From NCBI GenBank assembly GCA_021613535.1, contig CP075495.1:7626001-7690000 (forward strand): a stretch of DNA of 64,000 bases. The letters are read 5' to 3'. Under the pieces are notes generated by a model that was given only the letters and a program-made list of their open reading frames with translations, was not told where the DNA came from and ran no database searches. Both the position numbers and the translations under genes were made by a program. This DNA is from Adineta vaga. Lineage: Eukaryota; Animalia; Rotifera. Shown piece after piece: positions 44,201 through 57,498 of the stretch; the stretch's first letter is position 1; each line of letters begins with the position of its first letter.

Positions 44201-47200
44201 AAGAAAGAAAGAAAGCTGTCGAAAGTCTATGTAGTCATTTTTGAACGATAGATCACTGGTCAGTAGAGATAACCTCATTGTCCCTTTCACTTTCTTTTTT
44301 GTTTCGGTCAGATGCGTAGATGACGGTGACCTGTATAGTGGCTCACACATGTACACTTGTAATGCCGCCTCTTAATCAACGAAAGATTTGTGGTCAAAGT
44401 ATAACCTGAATAAAAGCTTGGTGATGAAGAGGTCGATAGGGAATAGTGATGAAATCATATTCGGTACACTTGAAAAAAAAAGAACAAAAAAGCAATGCAA
44501 TCATCATGCTACTTACGTAGTCGTGAATGTGTCTCGTCCCATGAGCGTAAGAACTCATCTGTACGTTGAATACTATTTCCATCAAAATGATCGGCCATAC
44601 GTTTTAAATTTGTTAAACGTTCGTTATATGCTTGAAAACCTGTTAATTTGACCTATTAGAAAGAAAAAAGAAAAGAAAAGAAAAAACAAATCAATCGATA
44701 GTTGTTTTTTTCGTTTTATTTCACTCAAATGACAACATAAAAAAAGACAATTTCTCATTCTCAATTTCTTCGCACTGCTGTGAATCAAATACCAAAACAA
44801 TATGACACATAGAAATAAACTTGAGATGAATATAATCAAGGTTTCTTACAAGCTTTATTAGTCAGGTATACATATACATATATATATATATATGCATAAA
44901 TCGAGCTGAATAGAAATGCAAATAACTAGTTATAATCAACGCTTGTACTCATGTGCATGTCCCATGAAAAGCGAAGAAAAATGTTCGATTAGAGCGATGA
45001 GTAGAAAAAAACGTTTTGTGGTAGTGGTTGGCTGACTGACTGAATGAAACGAAGAAAAAGTAAATGACAGGAAAGAGAAAAGAAAAGAATATAAAAATAC
45101 ACACCGGACAAGAAAAAAAACCACAATGACGTTACTTAAGACTTTCCAGCTGATGCCTATTCGGTCATTTTTTTGTAATCAAGTATAATAACAATGATTG
45201 AACAAATGGATGAATAAAGAAGAAAAAAAAAGAAGAGAAGAAAGAAAATTGAACGATGGAATTAGTCATTCTTTCTTTTTTCTTGTTCGATTTGGCAGAT
45301 TAAGCGATATTTTATGCGGTCTTTTTTCGTCTTATCTGTTTGCCTTGTATTTATACGATATCAATGAATATATATATATATAATATATATACATATATTC
45401 GTGCTCTCGCTCAATTATACTTTGTATTTATAGCAATCGGTGTTTATAAATATGTATATGTATATTTCATACGGTCTACCTCGTTCAAAAAATAATCATT
45501 AAAAAGACTGTATTCACAGCATCAAATGTATACCTAGAGTGAAAGAGGACAAAAAAAGGGCAACACCTGCCAATTATCGAATAATTTATTAGTATCTTAT
45601 CTGTTTACATACACTTGATCTATCTACATATATATGTGAATGGATGAATGATGTAACAACAAGTATTTTCTAATCTAATAATATTTCCTTTAGTTAATTA
45701 TACCTGAAGTTCATCATTTGATGATGTTGAATCAATCCATATTTGATATTCATTACGTGCTTTCGTTAATGCTTCTAATTCTTCATTAAATTTCAATAAT
45801 TCGACATCTTTCTCATAATTAATAATTAATTGATTTAATTCTTGCCATCGATTTTCTAATGTTCGTACAGCTATTTCATGTTCATTAGAATCTTCATTTG
45901 CTGAAATAGATTCAAATTGAAAAACAAAATAAGAAAGAAACGATGATTTCTCATATTTACCATCTTTGAGTTCTTTCGTTATCGCAATTCCTGTTTGAAT
46001 AAGACTTTTAAATTGATCATCATATGATACATATTTCGTTTTCACTTCCTTGAGAGAGAAAAACAAAAGAATAAATAAGAAAACGAACAAGATCTATAGA
46101 ATTTACTTGAATAATATTTTGTTGTTCAGCTGAATTCGATACTTTTTCACTTAATATTCTTTCAATACTATCAATCCAATCAATATATTTTCTTGCTGAA
46201 ACATCAAATTCTAATTTTGCAATATTTTCATTATCAGTTTTTTGTTTTTGAGCTTCGGAATCATCTGGATTATCATACGATGTCGTCGTTGTTGTCGTTT
46301 CTTCAACAGTTGTTGTGATTTTATTTTGTATCAGATCACTATCAGATTTCGAATTTGTTGATTTTAACTAAAGAAAAACCACGAAAGAAAAAGATTTTAA
46401 AATTATTTCAAACAATTCTCTATTTACTAATGTTGAACATAGTTCGAGATTATCAATTAATTTTGTCCAACGTTCTTCAAATGTATTGATTTGTTCACTT
46501 AAATTTTTATATTCATTTGCTGTTGAACTATCATAATGTTGACTAAGAACTTGTAAACTACTATTTAATAAAAGAATTGATTGACGAATATCAGCCATTT
46601 CAGATTCCGTTTGCTAAAAAGAAAAGCAAACAATAATTTACAATTGTTCCGTCACAAGAGAATTTATTTGAACTTTGACTTTGTTTCTCCTCAATGGAAT
46701 AAATGTCATGTTAGGTAAAAAAATTAATGAAGAGATAGAATCAAATAACAATAACTAAAATACATTCTTTTCTTAGATTATATAATCTCTTTGTTCATTA
46801 TATAAACTTCGAAAGGTCAAATGAGACAATATAGATTGATTGGAAATGATATATGTCAAAGGAAAAACATCAGATTTGATTAGAAGAAATTCATTTTTCT
46901 CTACCTGAAGTAAATTAACTTGTTGCATAAGTGAATCTTGATTAGAAAGATCAGTTTCCGATTGAATTTTATTGATTTCATCTTCTTTCTTTGTTAACCA
47001 TTTTTCAACTTTATCTAAATTTGTTTGTATTTGTTCGAATTCAATTTTAACTTCTTGTAATTGTATCCAACGTGTTTGTACAAAATTGCATATTTGTGCC
47101 CAACGTTCACTTAAATTTAATAATTTACGTTCAATTTCTGTGGAAGAATATTTCGAAGCTGGATCAAGATTTTCTGATAGAGAATCATCGATAACAATAA

Positions 47201-50200
47201 TCATATTTTGTAAGGATTCAGTTATTTGTTGTTGAGAAACAAGTTCATCTTGTAATTCAGCTAATTGTTGATATTGACGAGTAATTCCAGAAAGATTTTG
47301 TTCGACAATATTTAAATCTTTTGATATACTTTCTTCAGTTTTAGTTAACCAGCCATCAAACGATTCGATTTGTTCAATTTGAAGTTTCATTAATGCTTTG
47401 TGAAGACTATATAAACATAGAAATGATCACAACTGAATTGGTATGTATAAAGAAAGTTGCCTATTCTCCAGGAAATCTCTCTACTAAATGTTTTCTCGAC
47501 GTACGGATCAATTCTCGGCAAGTAGAAGTCTTCTTTAGTTCGATTCTATTCTATCGTTTGTAATCTTTTTTTTTTCAAAAAAGAAAATCAGTTGTATTGT
47601 CGATAACTACAATAACGAACAAATAGATAGAATAAGTTTGAGATTAAGGAACTACAAATATCTTTTACAAGACACTAGTTTCTACATAAAATTTGACAGC
47701 TATTTCGTGTCTTATCGGAACATATGTCAATCATTTCGAGTAATAAATCAAAAAGAGAAATAGATTGGATATTTGTGGTTCTTTACGAAAAACAAATACT
47801 CTTCGTCATTCTTCAAACTGAAGTAGTTCATATTCAATTAGAAAGATTTGATTAAAGGACATCATTCAGTACAAATAATGTTCAAAAATTTCGAAAGAAT
47901 TGAACTTACATTGCTTGTCTTTCAAGTGATTTGGAACGTAACGCTTCCCAATGATCATTGAGAACTTTCATTTGTTCTTTGATTTCACTTATTTCTTCTG
48001 ATTGTAAATGAATTTTTGCTGAAGTTAATAGTTGATTTCCATCGAGAAGTATTTCACCAATTTGATTTTGATCTTGTGTCAAACTAACCATAAATTCCTA
48101 GAAGAAATAGTCAAATGCTAATAAAGTAGAAGCAAAATCTAACTATTATTACTTCATGATTTTGAAATTGTTCTTTAATCATTTTTAAATCATCTGATAT
48201 CGTTCGATCTAGTTTATCAAGTTCACCTTCTAATTTTAAAACCCATTCAAGAATTTTTGTCATATTTGTTTGAAAGATTTTCAATCGAGCAGAATCATCA
48301 TCAGATCTTAAAGTCGCATCATCCACATCTTCTGGAGACTAGAAATTTTAAAAAGAAAAACAATCGTTGACCAACAACAAAAACTCGACCTTTTGACAAT
48401 TTATTTCAAACCTTTGTCTCCGTTGGAGTATTATCATCTGTTATAGTCGTCGTCGATGTTTCAGTTTTCTCTTTATCTTCAATAATCATATTACTTGACG
48501 GTAATTGTTGAAAAAGACACATGACATACATTAAAATTGATTTCTTATCTGGATAATCCGAAGTAATATCTAGAATAGAATTTATTCTATAAAATAAAAG
48601 TCATTTTCTCATAATAAAACAAACCTTCAACATCAAGATATCGATCGATTTTGAAGACATTTTTAGCAACACTAAACGCATGGTCAAGATTTCGAGCAGA
48701 AGCATTTTGTAAAATATCATCGTAGTCGAATAAATCAGGACGGAATCTATGTATTAATGCATTAAAAGCAAGACCATCTTGCCAACTACGTGTAAAATCA
48801 TTGACTTGTACTCCTTTATATCTAAAACAAAAAAAAAGTAAAATATTAAAATACTAGATTTGCAATTATCTTATATCAAACCCTTTAGTTTGTTCTTGAC
48901 ACCAAGCGAGAAGAAATTTTTCAATATTAGTTTGTTCTGCATCTGTTTCAGCTGATTTCATTACGTCTTTGCCTTGCCAATATTGAATGATTGACCATAT
49001 TAATGCTAATGTTAATTTCGGATTACCATCGACAATATCATTAGATGATATACTAAGAAGTTTAATCTAGAATTTTCATTTCGAAAATATTTTGTTCAAA
49101 TTCTTTATCCATACTTACTCCATGTTCATTAAGAATAGCAATTACTTTATTAACATTTTCAATATGATGTACACGCATCTTACCATTTTCTCTTTTCTAA
49201 AAGATATTTATCGATTATTCCTAATGGATGCTTTCATTTCTCATTAACATACACATTCATTTCCAGTAAGTACTTCCAATAATTGTAGTAGAATAACACC
49301 ATCACGTAAATCTTGAAATAGATCTGTTACAGGTGGCGTAGAACTTTTCTTTAAAACATAAACATAACTTTGATTAATATTTCGCACAGAAACAAATCAT
49401 TTACCTCTGCTAGTCGATTATTGATCCATTTGGTGAATGCTTTCTTTTGAATATCTTCACGTTCGTCTACAAAATAATGACGTAGAGTGACCATTAGTTT
49501 AAAAAAAAGAGAGAAATTACTATATACAAACGAAATTTAAACACTTATGTTATTACGTTTGAAAAGATTCAAAATAGTACAAAGTAAAAAAGAAACATCG
49601 CTGTCTCGTTTGTTAAGTATAATTTGACACAGTTGAACACCTACTTCATTTGAGTATAGGAGAGAAAGAAAAAGAAGCGAATACGACCATGATTTAACCT
49701 GTGCATATAATAATTCAAATGAACGACGTTTTCTTTTTACGTAAAGGGTGTCTATATACAAATGTATGAATGACTGAGCACATCATTCGACAACACATCA
49801 AGATTGTTTATGTATATCCACTGATTGATCAATGATAATGACAAAAAAAATGTGCAATACATCTATCAAATTGTAAAAGAAGATAAAGCATTTTTTTTTC
49901 AAAAAATCTTTTGTTATGTCGCATCTTTAACATAGATATCGATCATTCGATTGAAAATGTTATCCTTCCTCCTTTTTCTTGTCCTGTCATATTCGATCTT
50001 AAGTGGTACATAACCTTAATGTTTATATGCAAATCGATCAATCGTATAGTTGACGGTATGCAAAAGTATGTGGATACTAATTTCGTTTTGAAATAGTATC
50101 TAGTAAAAAAAGACAGCTAATTGGGAAGTTATTTGCTTGCTTGTCTATTATTTTCTGTCCTCCAATATTGATAACAACAAAGAAAAAGAAGAAGAAAAAT

Positions 50201-51625
50201 ATCGTATTCAAATCAATACATTCATCAGTGAATATGCACGAGATTTCTTTTTATGATGATCATACATTTGTTGATTTGGTCACATATACTTCTCTTAAGT
50301 AGACGCTATATAATTATTAACTCTGCCCATCGGCAAAGTCATATATAAACATACATATGCGCATACACACATGTTTTTTTCGACTTAACAAGAACAGTCT
50401 ATTGAACTACTTCATTGATCAGACAGATTCATTGGTCAATAAAGATAAAAGGAATCTTCATTTTTTCTCTTCTTCTTTTGTGTCCATTATTTCTTTGACT
50501 AGGATTTAGTTCTATATACAACAAATGCTTGTTTTGTTTTCTCATCATCATGTTATTCCAGATGATATCTGATTATCAAACATATGGAGATGAACTTACA
50601 TGGAAGATCTTCATCAAGAGAATCTAATGGTTCACCCATGATTGCTGATGACATGTTTTGTTATATAGATTAATATAAAGAGAGAGACAGAGAGAGTTTT
50701 TGGTTTCTGATAAGAAGAATTAATACGAAGGTCAGCTTGTCAATGAGTTTGAATCGATAGGACGTTGACTGTCCGCCTACTCTTCTTCATTCTCGACCAG
50801 AGACATAAGGATCGACGACGACGGATACGATAATAATAATAATAATAATAATAATAGCAGAAATGACGAAGATCGGATGGTGGTATAACTCTCTGGTTGA
50901 CTGTTACTTATCTGTAATACCCGAAACACGATGTTGATTTCTTTTTTTCTTCCTTCCTTCTTTTTTTTCTTCTCGTTCTTTCTTTTTCTTTCTTCGCCTA
51001 TTTTCCTTTCTGTATTTATAATTCTGTATAAGCAGCACTGTAGAAGATCCTACTCGCTTCAATGGAAATTTTCTGCTTCTTTATGTCTCGTCGTCCATTC
51101 CAAGAACATTTATCTCTCTACACTCATCGGTCTATTCTCTCTTTTACGGTCGTCTGAACTACGCATGTATGTTGAAAGAGAACATCTTCTTTTCTCTTAT
51201 TATCAATAAGATGCGGCTAGAACAACATTATTTCGTATAAAAGACTATCAAGAATGAAAGAAAAAACTTAATGATAAGGAAGAAAATACCTTATTGAAAG
51301 TAAATCTGTGAACTAAATGATAACATAACATAACACAACAAAAGAGCTGTCTTTTCTCAAGTCAAGGTCTTTTTTAAAGAATAATTATTACGTCAATCAT
51401 GAAACAATACATAATTATAAATGACAAGACTAGGCTAATGGAATACAAGAAATTGACTGTCTTTTTTAATTGAGATACATAAAAAGTCTAAAGAAAAAAA
51501 GAAAACTTACATCTTCGATCACGAATAATTTGTTGAAATTGTTGAGCATCATCTGTCATTTCATCTCCCATTATAGCGGAAGCCAATTCGGGTGAACTAG
51601 ATCGTTCCGAAGGACTGTTCGACAT
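23263..51625 (-). CDS. DMD: Dystrophin/utrophin orthologue locus (2 CH domains, spectrin repeats, WW, EF-hands, ZZ, coiled coils); possibly expressed as separate N-half and C-half products
   Basis: [16 protein letters not shown] (49466-49405), [59 protein letters not shown], many spectrin repeats, [130 protein letters not shown]. Stop at 23263-23265. Confidence 0.93.
33310..33470 (-). CDS. ATG-initiated dystrophin exon opening the C-terminal half ([26 protein letters not shown]...KLQ)
   Basis: ATG at 33470 with an in-frame TAA shortly upstream. A GTAAGA donor splices phase 0 to the acceptor at ~32457 ([13 protein letters not shown]). The sequence is spectrin-repeat helix A-like. Confidence 0.6.
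34618..35445 (-). CDS. Terminal exon inside the dystrophin locus encoding a 275 aa Q/S/P-rich non-dystrophin tail and a stop
   Basis: Phase 0 acceptor ttctattctag|GAA at 35445, in frame with the upstream donor at 35979. The 828 nt frame stays open to TAA at 34618. Confidence 0.75.
   Translation of the reverse strand, partial: EFDSDFIFDIDDARSVISEPAPHHNAKYRKTVHSLERYKMDDNTRYIPSHEEYQLQPLLRVRSLKAIDHRTLSAPSSPILQPRYRSYERSNVQYTKQSSNQQGYQDNYQNSISKSASMPNGGFPLQQNLLPQPPPPPNFYPQQPMTYRERIIDKHVAERSTSRGESHRQQHQESSGQTQQQQVRSASASGQTQTLNRSIPVRYENSNTNATLASSNSFRQMNISNQEENPSYFHSEQQGSSSAAAAGGGTYRQQCFEPQTYSPQNVGRHPTRIAN
37374..37403. repeat. (TTA)n microsatellite, intronic
   Basis: ttattattattattattattatcattatta. 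Confidence 0.85.
37454..37630 (-). CDS. Probable alternative first coding exon of an internal dystrophin-locus isoform ([18 protein letters not shown]...PIGLRK)
   Basis: 59 codons from ATG to an AAG|GTAGTT phase 0 donor, in frame with the rod exon starting at 37342. It lies within a 1.8 kb intron. Confidence 0.55.
50600..50654 (-). CDS. Dystrophin alternative first exon B ([18 protein letters not shown])
   Basis: ATG plus 18 codons, then a T|GTAAGT donor. A phase 1 join to 49466 gives YEREDIQKK. Confidence 0.7.
50828..50855. repeat. (ATA)n microsatellite upstream of dystrophin first exon B
   Basis: gataataataataataataataataata. Confidence 0.85.
51511..51625 (-). CDS. Dystrophin alternative first coding exon A ([38 protein letters not shown])
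   Basis: ATG plus 38 codons, then a T|GTAAGT donor. A phase 1 join to 49466 gives YEREDIQKK. An upstream acceptor at ~51760 and a donor at ~53428 suggest a non-coding 5' exon. Confidence 0.72.
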
Positions 51626-53890
51626 TGTTAATCGATGAAAAACTGAATTATTTCTTTATTGTATCGAAGGTAGGCAGTTATATAAAGTTAGTTCTTATGA
51701 TGATTCATATGTAAAGAAAAAAGAGAAGAAAATGTTTATTGAGTTTCGTATTTTTACACCTGCAAGAAAAAAAATAATCATATTAGTATTATTCATTATA
51801 GTAAAGAGGCGGTTAAAAGAAATCGAATCATCGATAGTTTAAATACGAAAGAAAGAGAGTGAGAGAAAGATAAAAAGATAAAAATGCTTTATTTAAATTC
51901 AAACGGAACATTTTTCTCATCGATTTTTACTTAAAAAAAATATCCAGATGTTTAACAAGAAAAAGGAATGAAGATTTTGAGATATTGTCTTGAATAGATA
52001 AATAAACACTCGATATCGATACATAGATTTATATTGAAGAAAATATGCAAAGAATTTTCGAGTGGAACTACTCAATAGCAAAATAATAGTAGTCGATGAC
52101 TTTTATTAAATTTATATTTCTAACGTCATCCTTTACAAATGCAAATTATTGTATGATTGATGAAAAAGAAAAAGAAAAGAGAAAAAAAAGAACTTTTTTT
52201 CATTTCGAAAACGTGACAATATAGAAAGTGCAGTGTTAATTTCACAAGTTTACAACAGTTTCATTAATTGAACATTGCGACAACTATACAACAATTATTT
52301 ATTAATATTTGTGTGTGTCAAGGTTCTCGTTCTCTTCTTTCTTGTTTAGAGTTGTTCATGTTTCGCATGCACAATCAATCGTTGTCATCATATATTGACA
52401 CAATTGATATTTGTGATCATGCATTAAGCTTTTCTTTTAAAATATGCACGCGTTTATATGTCGACTCTCAGTTAGCTTTGCGTAATCATTCACTTATCCA
52501 ATCTGATATCTACATTGAAGTTCTTGAAATGCGAATAACAACATAATCGAACTTGTCGATCATAGACGTTAGAAGGCACAACGGAGAATGAAAACGAAGA
52601 AGATCGAAAAGAGTAAAATGATGTAAGAATTCGTAGAAGTGTGAATAACAATATCATAAACTTCCGATAGGAGTTAGACGTGCGTATATATGAGAGTCTT
52701 TTTTTTTCAATATTTTCATTTACTACCTTTAGGCAAGAGGCAAACGATGCGTACGTTGTCTTATGTTATTCAAGAGGTCATCGAACAAGATAGTGCTAAT
52801 AGAAGGCAAACTGCGAATATATCTTGAGTAAAGAGAAAGAGACGGAGAGAAAGAAAACGAAATGTCTTATACACGTCAATGTTACATGAGTGAAATATGA
52901 GAAGACGTGGCGTTGGGTGGAACTGCACACTAAATGAAATATGATCTTTGAAAACGAACGAAAATGGTCAGTCATTGTTCTGTATAATTAAAATTGTTAG
53001 TACTCAGCAATGAAATGATTGAACAAAAAAAATGTAAGAAGAAAAGATTGCCTTGAAAATTGATAGAGTGTATGTCATTGTCATTAGAAAAAAATAAAGG
53101 TTATACACATCTAAGTTTTCGAATTGATGATGAGATGTTGTTGATTTACCTTGAAAATAAAGACCGACGGATATATCGATATATATATATATAGGGTATA
53201 AAATAATCAAACTATACGAAATAATTTTCATTGACGACACCTGCTGCCTTGTTTCTCTTATTTGTTGAGATTTATTTTTCCTCGGGAGAAAAAAAGAAAA
53301 TATACACATATATTTTTTGTTAAAGTTTTCGTCTATTTGAGAAGTATTGTAAAGTAATGGATTGATTTATATCAATGAAGAATAACAAAATAAAAAAGAA
53401 TAATAATAATAAAATTTTTTGGCTTACCTATTCAAATGTATATATACGTCTAGTAAAAATGAATGCAAACAATGACCGGAGCTGACGTTCTTTTTTTCTG
53501 CGTTATTCCGATAGGCAAACACGTGTATTTGCACACCCTGTTTCTCTCTCTCTCTCTCTTTGCGTTTTTTTCTTCTCTAAAGGAAGACAAGAAAAAAATA
53601 TATGGAATGAGAAAGTTATGCTATGACTGTTTCTAATGTTGCCGTCAAACGCGCTTTAGATTGACTAAAAACTTTTTTCCTCTCTTCTTCTTCTTCTTTT
53701 TCTTCTTTGCTCACCCTCTTTGCCGTTTCTTCTTTGTTCGATGTTCTGTTTTTTGGCATTTTCATCTTTTTATTTATTTCTTTTCTTCGTTTCGGTTGCT
53801 CGCGAATGAATGTCTCGGGTATTCTTACTAATGAAAAAGAGGATCAAAGTTTCAGTTGAATGTCTCTTCTTTTTCTTTGTCACTCATTTA

Positions 53891-53952
53891 TTCGTTCATT
53901 CGTTCGTTCGTTCGTTCGTTCGTTCGTTCGTTCGTATGTACGTACGTACGTA
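53891..53952. repeat. Compound (TTCG)n-(TACG)n microsatellite in the dystrophin upstream region
   Basis: About 10 TTCG units followed by tatgtacgtacgtacgta. Confidence 0.9.
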
Positions 53953-55673
53953 TAGAGTAAAGCTTGAACACAACATCAACTGACACAAATCATGGTCGAC
54001 AAACGAAAAGACGATATTCGCTCACACTATTGTATGCATAGGAGATGACAATTAAATAGGGCTCAATCACAATCTGTCTGTCGAATCTTTCTCGTATTAT
54101 TATTATTGTTCAGACAGTCACAATATTTGTGTATAATGATAGATGAAAAGCAACGAAGTTCGACTATGTATCCATAGGCCATATATACTATTAGATATGT
54201 GCGTGCATGTGTCTTTTTACCTGTTAATTGAGGAAGTTTTACTCGAGGGTATGTATTACTTTATTTGTGTTGTACAATTATCAATTGAACATAGAATTAA
54301 AAAAAATGTTATGTAAATTCTTTAGTAGAAATTTATCATTAAGAAAAATATAAAGCTGATCATGTAGGAAGAAATTTCAAGTGATAATTTTCATTTCTTT
54401 TTCGTTCAATATATTATTTAATTCTTCTTCATGAAATTCAAGAGAAAATCATTTGAAAAGATGATTTAATTGAAAATTTAAATAAATAACTGTAACGTTC
54501 TTATTAATTATATGTTGAATAACAATTAAATTTAAGTATCAAGAGAATATTCATAACAGAACGAACTAAATAATTGATTGATCGACAGTGATTTTAAAGT
54601 CAATTTTTTGTTTGAATTTTTTCAAATATTTTCATACTATTTTAACTGACATGTGTATCTGTATGATAAATTGAAAATAAACATCTGATTATTGTATGAA
54701 TAAAACATCGATTGCAATATAATATAAAAATATTTCCAAAAGGAAATAGATAGTAGACAAAATAAGAATGATACTGGTGTCAAGAGGGAATATCTTAGCT
54801 GAATACATTACCGTTCAGACAATTATTTCATTGATTCTTTTGTAATGTTTCATGTATGCTTGAGGTGTACAATTCGAGACATTTTTAATCAAATTCAAAA
54901 ACATGAACGAATATAATAAACATAAATACATACCAGAATGATCAGAATATTATTATCACGACGTATCATTGTTAATAATTCTGCACACGTTTTTATTAGC
55001 TTGCACATACCTTCATTCTAATGAATGTAGTTTATCAACAGATCGTTTGAATCGTATGACTAGAATAAAGAAGACATCATGTTTCAATACTGTTACCATT
55101 CTATATGTATATATACAATATTATTACCGAATCTGAACAAGTTTATTGATATTATCAGGAAGATCCATTAAAGCATACCTTTACAATTTAAATTCGTTTC
55201 ATCCTCAATTTCAAACGATGATCAAGATTATTCTATATTAGTTTTACAATTTATTGCTACTCTTTTCTCTGTCTGGAAAAAGACAAACTCATCACGAATA
55301 TATTTGCCCATGTCTTTAATGAAAATTTATGATAATAAAAGAAAATTGTTAACAAGGACATCATTGATTGTTTTAAGAATAGACATTGTGTATTGTACAT
55401 TTGCCTTGATAATGACCGTGAGTATCAGTACAATGAAAAATAACTTTTCTATTTCGATACTTTCTTTCAGATGTAGACATAATTGATGAAGTTATAGCCA
55501 CTATCAAACAACAGAATTTCAAGGATAACATTGAAAACTAAGGAAAAACAAACAATACATCATTTCGACGTATCGTTGATTTCAGGCAAGCACAAACGAT
55601 AAATTTTTCCAAACGACAGTCGGTTAAAAAGCACTTCAAGAAAACAACAACTTGCACATATTTCTTGTAGTCT

Positions 55674-57056
55674 ATGTGGCGACATAGCTCCTTTCCTAGA
55701 TGGAGGTTTCCTCCACCTTTCCGTTCACGTATGCGTTTAAGTCCGCCTATACGTTTAAGCCCACCAACAATTATCCCTATTCTACCTCCGGATCTGCCAG
55801 CAGTGAATAGAAAACCTCGTTCTGATACAACCAAACTTATTATTATCGTTATTGCAGTTATTATTGTCGCCTTCTTAGTACTTGGTATCATAGGTCTCGG
55901 AGTTGGTCTTGGTTTCAAAAAACCCTCAACACCACCCTTACCATCGGAAACTACTCAAATACCATGCAATGGAACAATGATAGAAAATAGATGTATACCA
56001 TATACCACAAAACCTTCAACGCCTGTCATTGTTCAAGTGATCAATACAACTACTACCGCACTTACCTTGTCTACGACAACAAAATCTTCATCTAGTATTA
56101 CGGAAACTGTTGTCCCACCTATTTCATCTGTTATAAAAGTAATCTCATCTAACGATGCTAGAATTGACACAACTACTCACTTATCCAATCCTACAACAAT
56201 ACCTTCTACTGCACTGCCTACAACTACAACTACTACGACCACAACTACAACCACACCAACAACTACAACTACGACGACCACAACTACAACCACACCAACA
56301 ACTACAACAACTACAACAACTACCACTACAGCAACAACGTCTACTACTACTACGACAACAACAACAACAACAAGTATATCATTAACAACGACGTTCATCA
56401 CAACTACACCCGAATCTAACAATTGGCCATTCATTGTAGCTCTCTACTTGCGCAATCAAAAGATTTGCACTGGCTTTCTTCTTACCAATCGACATGTCAT
56501 CACATCAGCTACTTGTGTCTACAATCTCGATGAAACTGCCATAGCTATCTATTTTGGTACGAACATTCTGTCAAACAAAAACAATCGATTCAAACGTACT
56601 ATTTCGAGTGTTGCGTATCCATCGACATATCGAAAAGGTCGAACAATCGATGATATTGCTGTTCTTACGCTCGCAAGAAATGTGACAATGAGCTCAACAG
56701 TTGGTGTTTGTTCAATTTCGAAAAGTATACTGATTCCACAAGTGGATGATGAAGGTATTGTGGTTGGTTGGAATGAAGCATCATCTTCTGAGAAACTTCA
56801 AGAAGCCGATATTCGAGTTGAAAATCCATCAACATGTGGTTTATCAACATTAATTAGGAGTCGTTTATGTGGTCGTTATATTAGTAACAGTAAATGTATG
56901 GGTGATCGTGGGAGTCCTTTAATAATTAAAACTGACAAGGATGAATGGGTATGTGCTGGTATTGCAATTGGTGATCGATCTCGATGTAGAGCAATTGGAA
57001 TCTATACTCGAATCAGTTATCATAATGAATTCATATTAAGTTCATTAGCAGGATGA
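55674..57056 (+). CDS. Type II membrane, mucin-stalked trypsin-like serine protease homologue, catalytically inactive (SPH1), 460 aa, single coding exon
   Basis: Pro/Arg-rich N-terminus, TM LIIIVIAVIIVAFLVLGIIGLGVGLGF, Thr-rich stalk, and an S1A fold (WPFIVAL, CTGFLL, DDIAVL, VVGW, GIYTRIS). TAAHC is replaced by TSATC and GDSGGP by GDRGSP; there is no R-IVGG activation site. Confidence 0.88.
   Translation: MWRHSSFPRWRFPPPFRSRMRLSPPIRLSPPTIIPILPPDLPAVNRKPRSDTTKLIIIVIAVIIVAFLVLGIIGLGVGLGFKKPSTPPLPSETTQIPCNGTMIENRCIPYTTKPSTPVIVQVINTTTTALTLSTTTKSSSSITETVVPPISSVIKVISSNDARIDTTTHLSNPTTIPSTALPTTTTTTTTTTTTPTTTTTTTTTTTTPTTTTTTTTTTTATTSTTTTTTTTTTSISLTTTFITTTPESNNWPFIVALYLRNQKICTGFLLTNRHVITSATCVYNLDETAIAIYFGTNILSNKNNRFKRTISSVAYPSTYRKGRTIDDIAVLTLARNVTMSSTVGVCSISKSILIPQVDDEGIVVGWNEASSSEKLQEADIRVENPSTCGLSTLIRSRLCGRYISNSKCMGDRGSPLIIKTDKDEWVCAGIAIGDRSRCRAIGIYTRISYHNEFILSSLAG
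56221..56370 (+). repeat. Poly-Thr coding repeat, including two near-identical 39-bp units (56221-56298)
   Basis: caactacaactac(t/g)acgaccacaactacaaccacaccaa twice, followed by ACN codon runs. Confidence 0.85.
56366..56849 (+). repeat. 484-bp direct repeat, copy 1 (copy 2 at 59826-60309)
   Basis: Base-by-base comparison at offset 3460 shows 6 mismatches, all synonymous. Confidence 0.92.
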
Positions 57057-57498
57057 ACAATAAATCAAAAAACATTTTTTTTCTGTTTTATACATAAATA
57101 TTCACTCATCATATGAGTTCTGTGGTGAGAATTTTTTTTGTCTGTTGAACATGTGTAATAATGTTTTTCGTTTTCGTAAAATATATGCATTTGTAATTGT
57201 AGTAGAGGAAACTATCTTTGTTTCACCAAACAGAATAAGAATAAGCAACATTTTTTAGTTGATATCCATATTAATCTGACGAGCAAATGGATTTAGTAAA
57301 AAACAAACTTTAAAGAAAAACAAAAATATCGATCATAAAATATATATGGCTTCATGACAACGTATTACAATCATTTTTTCTCATTTGCATCCATATTTTA
57401 CCTTTGTTTATGAGATTTCATATTTATTCATATATATTCACCTTGACAGTTTACATACTTTAAGATTTACTTTTACATTTCTTTCCTGTTATTGCTCG

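Noticed and set aside
43702-44356. Three 78-104 aa minus-strand ORFs in a dystrophin intron
   Set aside because: No spectrin or other domain character, and no compatible splice sites found.
55200-55670. Possible upstream coding exons of SPH1 (GT-AG intron 55418-55470, possible GC donor at 55586)
   Set aside because: Every frame I could join to the SPH1 ORF contains stops. At most this is a spliced 5' UTR or a decayed fragment.
56221-56310. 39-bp tandem units superficially like a CRISPR or satellite array
   Set aside because: There are no spacers; the units are in-frame Thr codons of a mucin stalk in a eukaryotic gene.
56177-56434. Poly-Val ORF on the minus strand, and the similar ORFs 59535-59894, 55538-55918 and 56155-56385
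   Set aside because: These are antisense or off-frame shadows of the Thr-rich and TM-coding parts of the SPH genes.
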